Positions 56,201-64,000 of a DNA stretch of 64,000 bases are shown piece after piece. This DNA comes from Chrysomallon squamiferum (lineage: Eukaryota > Animalia > Mollusca), in NCBI GenBank assembly GCA_012295275.1, contig CM022670.1, positions 18,910,001 to 18,974,000 on the forward strand. Direction: 5' to 3'. A program made the position numbers and the translations under genes. The notes beneath the pieces are model-generated. The model saw only the letters and a program-made list of their open reading frames with translations, searched no databases and was not told the origin of the DNA. Each line of letters starts with the position of its first letter. Positions within the stretch are counted from its first letter, which is position 1.

Positions 56201-59200
56201 ATTTTACAAACTGGCATCAAAAAAAAATCAAAAAAACAAAAAAAAAGTCTCCATAAATTGGAAGCTGCAAATTATGAGTACATTTTTATTTTATTTAAAA
56301 AGAAGAAAAATAAATAAGCATTTTTGTTTTATAACAATTAATATTGATTGTATTTTAAAAAAAAATTATTTGTACTAACATGAAATTTGACATTAATAGC
56401 TGATTTAGTAAATTCTTACATTTTCTTGCTGTATTTTTCAAAAATTATCACATTTTTAAGAAAAACAAATAACTGTAATTTTAGGACTGACAGAGCAACA
56501 ATAAACAGGAAAGTTGGGGACAACAGCATGTACTTTTCAGCCACAAAAATAAAATAATACCTAACAAACAACAGTAAAAATTTACACTGCAAATCTGAAC
56601 CTTTGTTTAAAAATAGCTACAAACATACCAACACGTTATAAAATGTACACTGAAAATTATATGCTGACAAATGTATAATAATTTAATGACATGATACAAG
56701 TAGTGAGCTAAATTCATAACGTTACAGATATTAATAATAATAATAATAATAAACAACTGTACAAGTTCATTAGTAAAACTTCAAAAATAAAAGAGTTATT
56801 TTAACAAAAATGTCACAGCATATTATTAATGTATTTCATGTTGTAACATATTGAGCATAGGGGTATATGACAAATACACAAATATAGTTTATGTTTAATT
56901 GTATCCATACTTCTCAAACTATATGGTATGTACAAATCTCCTATTCCATTCACATGAATGAGAAAAAGAACAAAACAACAACACAAATATTGGTGATGTA
57001 TTAGTTTGATATGTAACACTAGATTTAATACGGTTGTAATCTACAAACTGAAGTTGTTACTATCACAAATTACTTATTAAAAAAAAGAAAAAAAAAGAGC
57101 ATAGCATGTATTAAGTAACCTAATCATCCTAATGATAACAAAATTAATATTCAATATGTTTTTTTTATCTGAAATTAACTCACTTTCATTATGTGAGAAT
57201 GATAGAATTTAAAATGGATTACCAACAATATTTTAAACATTTATATATTAAAAAAAAAAGAGTTAAAAATTACTTTTATTAAAAGCATTATTTGTATCCT
57301 AAAAATAAGAATACTTAATTAAAATGTTGATTAAATTTGTTTGTTCGAAAATTCAGTGTATTAAGTAAACCAACATTTAACACTTAAACAACAAGCAATG
57401 TATTAGATAACAATATCCTAAATCTAAAACAAATTTTAAAAATCACAGTAAAGACTTAAAGTTTAAAAGAAAAGCAACAGGGTTTTATTCAAAAGCTTTA
57501 TGTAAAAAATATTTAAATAAAAATCACCAATGCAAACATGAGCATTCCTGTTATGGCAAAATGAAATAAAATTATTTTAAAGAAATATTCAGGCCACCCC
57601 CACCCTCTAAGAAATAAGCCTTTGAGGGTTTACAGTAATAAAATTAATAATAATCCTTACCTAATCCACTAATATTTTCTGTCCATTTAACAAATTAAAA
57701 CGGCATAATTGCAGAATTTATAAAAATAATTTTAAAAATGTACATGTACTTGAGGCAATTACATATTTCTAGACAATTCTGCCCACTGAAAGCTGATGAC
57801 AAATGATGACAAATTTCTAATTGTTGCATATTTCTAAATGTAGTTAATAAAAAAAAAAAGAGAAAAACTCAGTGAAGGGTTAGCAGAAACAATATTACAA
57901 ATAACTAAAAGTCATGAAACAAACACCTTTTTTTCCCTATTTTCATCAGACTACTGAACATCTCATTGCAGCTATTCAGTGAAAGGAAGAAAACTGTCTG
58001 CAGTCAAATGTATGTGAACCAAACAGATTTGTTCTATTTTATTAAATAAATAAATCTACATTAGGTAGTAATGTACATTTCATATTGTGGACTTCTGCAA
58101 GAAACCCCCATTTATCGCTACAGTATTCTTTTAAATTCTGCAATACAGATTGAAGATTAAAATTATAATTTTGAATATTATCATCAAATTATTAATTTTT
58201 ATCTCAAATCTCAATAATAATTATGATAAGATAAATTAATAACTAAGAATTTTTATTCGTAGATATTTCTGAATTTTTTTATTTCTTTTTAAATTTCTTT
58301 TAAAGCAGTGTGCCACATTTGGTCCCAAAAGAAAATGTGTTTACAAAGCAACATAATTTTAAAACAAAAATAAAAATAAAAACAAAACAAAATAAAGCAT
58401 TGTTGAATTAAAACCCAAACCAACTCAAATTGGAAATTAAAACAAAAAATCTGGAAATGTTTCCAAGCCTGAAAAATGCAAAACAAAATTAATAGATTAT
58501 TACTGTATGAAAAGTTTTTCAAAAATTAAAAAAAGTTTATAAATTTACATGGTGAACATTTTTTTTATTATTATTTTTTTTAAAACATATTGTAGCAGTG
58601 AAATAAGACAAAATTGAGCAGACAATGAATTGTTCTGATCACATTAGGAACGGTTATAATATTATTTAAATGAAAAAGAGGAGTAGATAACAAATCATAT
58701 ATAGATCTTTCCTCTGTGTTTCTAAATTAACAAATATAATAATTAATACATTTTCTGTTAATGTTATCACCACAATAAATATGAAATTACTTAATTTGTG
58801 AACAAAGAAATGCATTTTTGTTTTTTAATAAAGCGGTAATAATAAAAAAAAAAAATAACCCAACAATAACAACCCTAAAACAATGATTGTTTTTCTACAA
58901 GGAAATTATGTGCATTAAATTTCAGTCATGATACTTGTGTGTGTTGTTATGTGAACATATTTATTGTTAATCTTTTCGTCTGAATAATAATTAGTTATAA
59001 TAATAATAATAATAAAAGCAAAAACAGAAATCCTATTCACACATTACTTTTTCCACAGTTACTTAAAAAGCACAACCTTTTCACACAAGGCAGTTAATAC
59101 TATTGTCATCATCATTCAAGAACAAAAGCCCCCATTCACACTAAATTTCAAGATGTTTTAAATTTAAAATAAACAAGCTCTATCATCAGCCTGACTAGGG

Positions 59201-59489
59201 TTCTCAAAATGAAAATTTAATGTAAGTACCAACGGACGGATAGATGTTCAGACAACCTCCAGTCACTACATCTTGTTCTATTATGTCACATCACTGTGCT
59301 GCCTCTATATCCAATAAATAACAAAGGATTTCTTTTGTTTTTAAATTGTTTTGAATTACCATCATTAAAAATAAGGCTTGTTTATTTAAAATTTTGAATT
59401 TGGTTTAATATTTCCTAAATAATTTTGATTCTTGAACTGTACAGATTAAAATTTCATTTTAAAACAATTCTGCTAAAAATTAATGACTA

Positions 59490-59493
<4 letters not shown>

Positions 59494-59528
<35 letters not shown>
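59494..59528. repeat. (TG)n microsatellite
   Basis: Dinucleotide run in the probable ADCY9 3' UTR. Confidence 0.9.
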
Positions 59529-59530
<2 letters not shown>

Positions 59531-60249
59531 AAATTGCATCACTTTTAATTTTAATTTTATTTATTATTTATTTTTATATTTAAGATAAATGCATGAAAAA
59601 GCCATGATATCTAAGATGTGCAAACGTATCTGTCCATAACCTTGGATATCAAAACTTAAAATAATCTTAAGTTGCATTATTTAGAAAATAGAATTGAAAA
59701 TTGAAAATATTTGATAAATTTTGTAATATGTATTCATCTGAAGATGATTATGAAAAAGTTGTTAAAATTTCTTTTTACAAATATATATAATTTGTAAAAA
59801 GAAATTTAAATATAAACACATTTGTTTCAGTGATGAAAAAGAATAAAACAAAACAAAATGCACACTTGTACAACAATCAACACAATCAGAAAAAAAAAAA
59901 CATTCATGGATTTTAAAAACAATTTGTAAGTTTCAGTTAAAAATACATATATTCCAATTAAAATTGACTACCCTGTATAAAGTAACAAAAAATAAAACAA
60001 TGGCATTTTTTCTTACATTACAAAGTGCCTGAATTGTATACATATAAACAATAGAATGTGTGGTTACCAAAAACAAAACAATATGTAAGGTAAAAAGTGG
60101 TTGTTCTTTTCTTCTTCTTTTTTGTTATTTTATCTTTAAAAAAATAATAAAATAAATAAATAAATAATGAATAAAATAATTAATTAAAATAAAAACTTTG
60201 AAAGAAAAAATGTTCTTTAATTTTCTAGATTTGTTTTCTGCTTTTTTTT

Positions 60250-60286
<37 letters not shown>

Positions 60287-60658
60287 TAACTAAGGATAAA
60301 ATCATATGGAAACGAAACACAAATGCAAATTAATACTGTTAAAAATAATTACTTTAAAATAATTTTAATTCCATATTCTGCTGTGTGTAGGAATAACCAT
60401 CAACAGAATAAATAACTTAGCTAAACATTTTCTAAAGTCTCACTTATAGAGAGATAATTATGTAAATCAGATGCCATCAATTTTAGATGTTTTTAGACCT
60501 GATTGAGGATGATAAAGAATTATAAAATTACAAGGACAAGCCAGAAAATAATTCTTTGATCTTCCATTTCTAAAACATCTCAAATCATGATACTCTGAGT
60601 ATTTTTTTTTAATTTTACATTTAAAAGAACAAAAAAATTAAAAACACAATTAAATATG

Positions 60659-62265
60659 TTAGTATTTGAAGTCTTCTCTTTTTTTCACCACAAGATAGGT
60701 TCTCATTTGACCTTTACCCTTGACGAAAATTTCACCCCGATATTCAAACTCAAACGCATCTGAGAGGAGATTCGCTGCTGCTTCTGGTACCTGAATGCGA
60801 TTGGCTACTCCAGTAGAGTACATGCGGCTTGCTATGTTTACCGTGTCTCCCCAGATGTCATAAAGCAACTTTGTCGTTCCAATAACCCCAGCTGTCACTT
60901 CACCAAAGTTAAAGCCAACGTTGAGGATGAATGAAAAGTTGAAAATACTCTCGTTGAATCTGTCCACGGCTTTCTGCAGCTCCATGGCAAAGCTGAGAAG
61001 TGCATGGAGATGAGCATATGGGTGTTTGTTCATTCTGCGGCTCTGTTCATTTAACCCTGAAGCCGCCATGAACGTACTGCTGATTGTCTTTATCTTCTCG
61101 ACATCCTTAAATTCCTCTCGGTCAAGAAGAACTTCATAGTCACTAACTAGTTCATTTAACACTCTGAGGTATTCGCGGCCACCCTCATATGATTCATCAT
61201 AAAATTCATTAAAATTAACTAATGTTGCAAAAATCACACCACAGTCCTTGTGGTTTTTAGAATACTTTGATGTCTTTTTCACCTGTTCAGACACGTGCTC
61301 AGGGATGATGTTGTGAAGCAGCCAGTCAGCCTGTTCTTTGTTCTCTTGCATCGTCCTCTTGTCATGCTCTGCTTGGGCACTGCCATGATAGCTAGAACGG
61401 TAGCTGATTTCAAATTCACGGTTTACAAAGAAAATGAGAAAGAGCAGTAGCAAAATATCAAGAATCATTTCAGAATTAAATATTTGTGTTTTTTCACCAA
61501 AATATAAAACAGGCAAACTGTGTGTTGTGTTCGTACTGTTGTTCACACCTGACTCCTCGCTAACCGGACATATTTCAATGTTTGTGATGATAATCAGAGC
61601 AATGCCGCCCAGACTGGCGATGCTTGTTTTCAGCCATGCACTGAGCATGGTGAAATTACAGAAGTGCAGCAATGCTACAACAACACAGTAACAGAACAGT
61701 ATGGTGATGTTCTTGTCTCCTCTGATCATCATGCATGACAGAACTGAGAAGACCGCCACTGCCGGCAGGGCGGCAATCAAAGAGCCAAGTGCATTTCGGA
61801 AGTACCAGCCAGACATTCGATGCATCAGTGGACTACAGTATCGCTTTTTGTTCTTCCTGCACAGGACATCAGTGGCCACATTGACGAAGTTCAACATCTC
61901 AATAAGAAGTGTCACACCAAAGACAATAATCCAAGGCAGCTGCTTTTCAAACATTAGAAAGCAGCAGCCCATGATGAGAGCGTACACCATCAGTGAGAAG
62001 ATCACCTCGATGAGGGCGATGTAGCGAGGGGAAGCCACTGTCTCCTCCTTGAAGAGCTGGCTCTCGAGGTAGTGGTCACGGAAATCTTCTTCTAGATGTC
62101 TGTCATGGAAACTCAGTGTGATCCTGTTGATGTCAGGCTCATAGAAGAACTTCTTGTTGGCAATGTCCTCCTGGATGCACTTGATGATCTGTTCATCATT
62201 CTTGTCTCTCACGTAACGTAGTTTTTTCCAGGTCTCATTGATTGGAATCTTATTTGCTTCAATTC
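60659..62265 (-). CDS. ADCY9: Adenylate cyclase type 9, terminal coding exon (end of C1b, M2 helices, C2 catalytic domain); upstream exons lie beyond the window
   Basis: Acceptor AG at 62266-62267, phase 1, TAA at 60659. AC9-diagnostic sequences QADWLLHNIIPEHV, NFNEFYDESYEGG and GVIGTTKLLYDIWGDTVNIASRM. Confidence 0.93.
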
Positions 62266-64000
62266 CTGTTTAAAACAATAAAAATAAAATTAATTTACAT
62301 GAAAAACATTTTTGTTATAATGGTATAAAAAGGTCATACTGTGTTATATTTTCTGTACTAAATGGACTTAGTTTCAAAATAGCTTATTAAAATTTTAGTT
62401 TTTATGTTTTTTGTTCACACACATGATTAAAATAGCAGAACATCTCTAAACTAAGCCAATGAGGTATGTAATAAGCTAAACATACAAGACACTGAAACCA
62501 ACGTTTTATATCTTTAAATAAAGTTTTAGTTAATTAGTATATGTTTGTTCGAAAAACAACAACCATAGTAATTATTTTTGTTGTACTGTCCGTACTTTCT
62601 TTTTTTAAAATAGGTGAAAAAGTGAAAAATACAAACTTGAGGGGAAAATGTTTTTTAAAACTGTTACTAACAGAAAAGATGAAAAGTTTCAGCTCTATCT
62701 GATAAGATTTTTATTTAACATTTAACATGCAATTAAGATGCAACTGCCTCTCTTTGAAACTAAATAAAACTGGTTGTTGTTTGGAGTTTTTGTTATTATT
62801 ATATATATATATATATATATAATAATGATGATGACAAAAATAAAATTGAAAATGAAACAAATAATGTTCTTTGAATCATATTTAATTATCTATATGGAAT
62901 TTTAATGGACTGATAGATGAAACAAAAATATTACATGATAAATAAATAAATAACAACAATAAATATTATATATTCATTCCAAACCATTAAAAACAAACAC
63001 CAAATTAAAAAAAACAAAAAAACAAAACATATATGCAGTTCTTTTTTAACATGCTCAAAAAAATGCCTTCACCAAACAAAATGTTTTTAGTTTGCTTCTT
63101 GCAAAAAAAAAATATAAAAAAAATTAAATTAAATTAAAAAATATAATAATAAAAATAAATAAATAATAATAATAAATAAATAAATTTTTTTTTTTTTTTT
63201 TTTACTTAATATTTAACACTCTGTACCAGTACATGCTAACACCTATTTTATTTTTAGTATATTTCAACAATAAGTTAAAGCAACAAAACTACATATTTAC
63301 AAGCAGTATAATAGCTATGTATTTTCCTTTTTAAAAGCTTCAGCGTTTTCAACTTGAAACTTTCTGAATTTTTTTTTTTTTTTGTCCTTTTATAAATAAA
63401 TAGTTTGTAGTTTGTGATCATCATTTTTATTATTCCAAGGAAAATAAATACATTGAAAACACAGAATCTTCATTTATTTGTTTATTATTATTATTTATAA
63501 CACTAAAACTTTACTTAATACAATTTTTTAACACAAAAACAATGATCAATAAAAAATAAATTTCATTACAGAATAATTTTTTGTATGCTATTACTGAAAA
63601 AATAAATACTTCATAAATGGGGTGGGCTATAAAATATAGCACTGAATGGTTATAAAGTTAAAAAGCTGAAATACATTATTTACTCACTTTCCTGTGCACT
63701 GTGATATAGATATATATATATGTTTGTGTGTGTGATGAAATATTTTTGTGAATAGTGCAAAGTATAGTATACAGTATGATTTTTGACATGTTTAATGAAT
63801 GAAAGATTAGTTATCTGAAGTGTTATTTATATGATGATCATGTAAAACGTAACAGTAAATTCAAATTGTTGCCACTCCTTGAGGTCCTGTTATTAGTTAT
63901 CAACAAGAGATCTTTTTTCTGAAACCCTCTAATTACAAGAAAAGCATATTCCACTGACTTTGGTAAATAAATCTTAGGACATTAGTTATAATGAAAAACA

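Noticed and set aside
61434-62024. Plus-strand ORFs of 85 and 107 aa
   Set aside because: Antisense shadows of the GC-rich ADCY9 exon.

Overview
AT-rich, intron-rich animal genomic DNA, probably a mollusc (inferred from repeat and protein style, not proven). I reconstructed four protein-coding genes by hand from GT-AG junctions with consistent intron phases. (1) LAPTM4, minus strand, 7 coding exons, 2217-5881. (2) An unusual ~1564-aa single-pass receptor, minus strand, 28 exons, 8596-29014: signal peptide, two LRP4/5/6-type YWTD propeller-EGF modules, Cys-rich/EGF modules, beta-sandwich-like repeats, a TM helix and a tail with Tyr-based motifs. (3) A complete CBP/p300 acetyltransferase, plus strand, 27 exons, 36239-53210. 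(4) The terminal exon of adenylate cyclase 9, minus strand, 60659-62265, convergent with CBP. The receptor gene carries a decayed RNase H-bearing LINE in one intron, a duplicated promoter plus signal-peptide exon (one copy dead), a gene-conversion-like tract between its propeller repeats and a sharp internal CpG boundary. The chimeric receptor is the best candidate for an undescribed system. The CBP-ADCY9 neighbourhood with a full CRE in the CBP promoter is the second most interesting.
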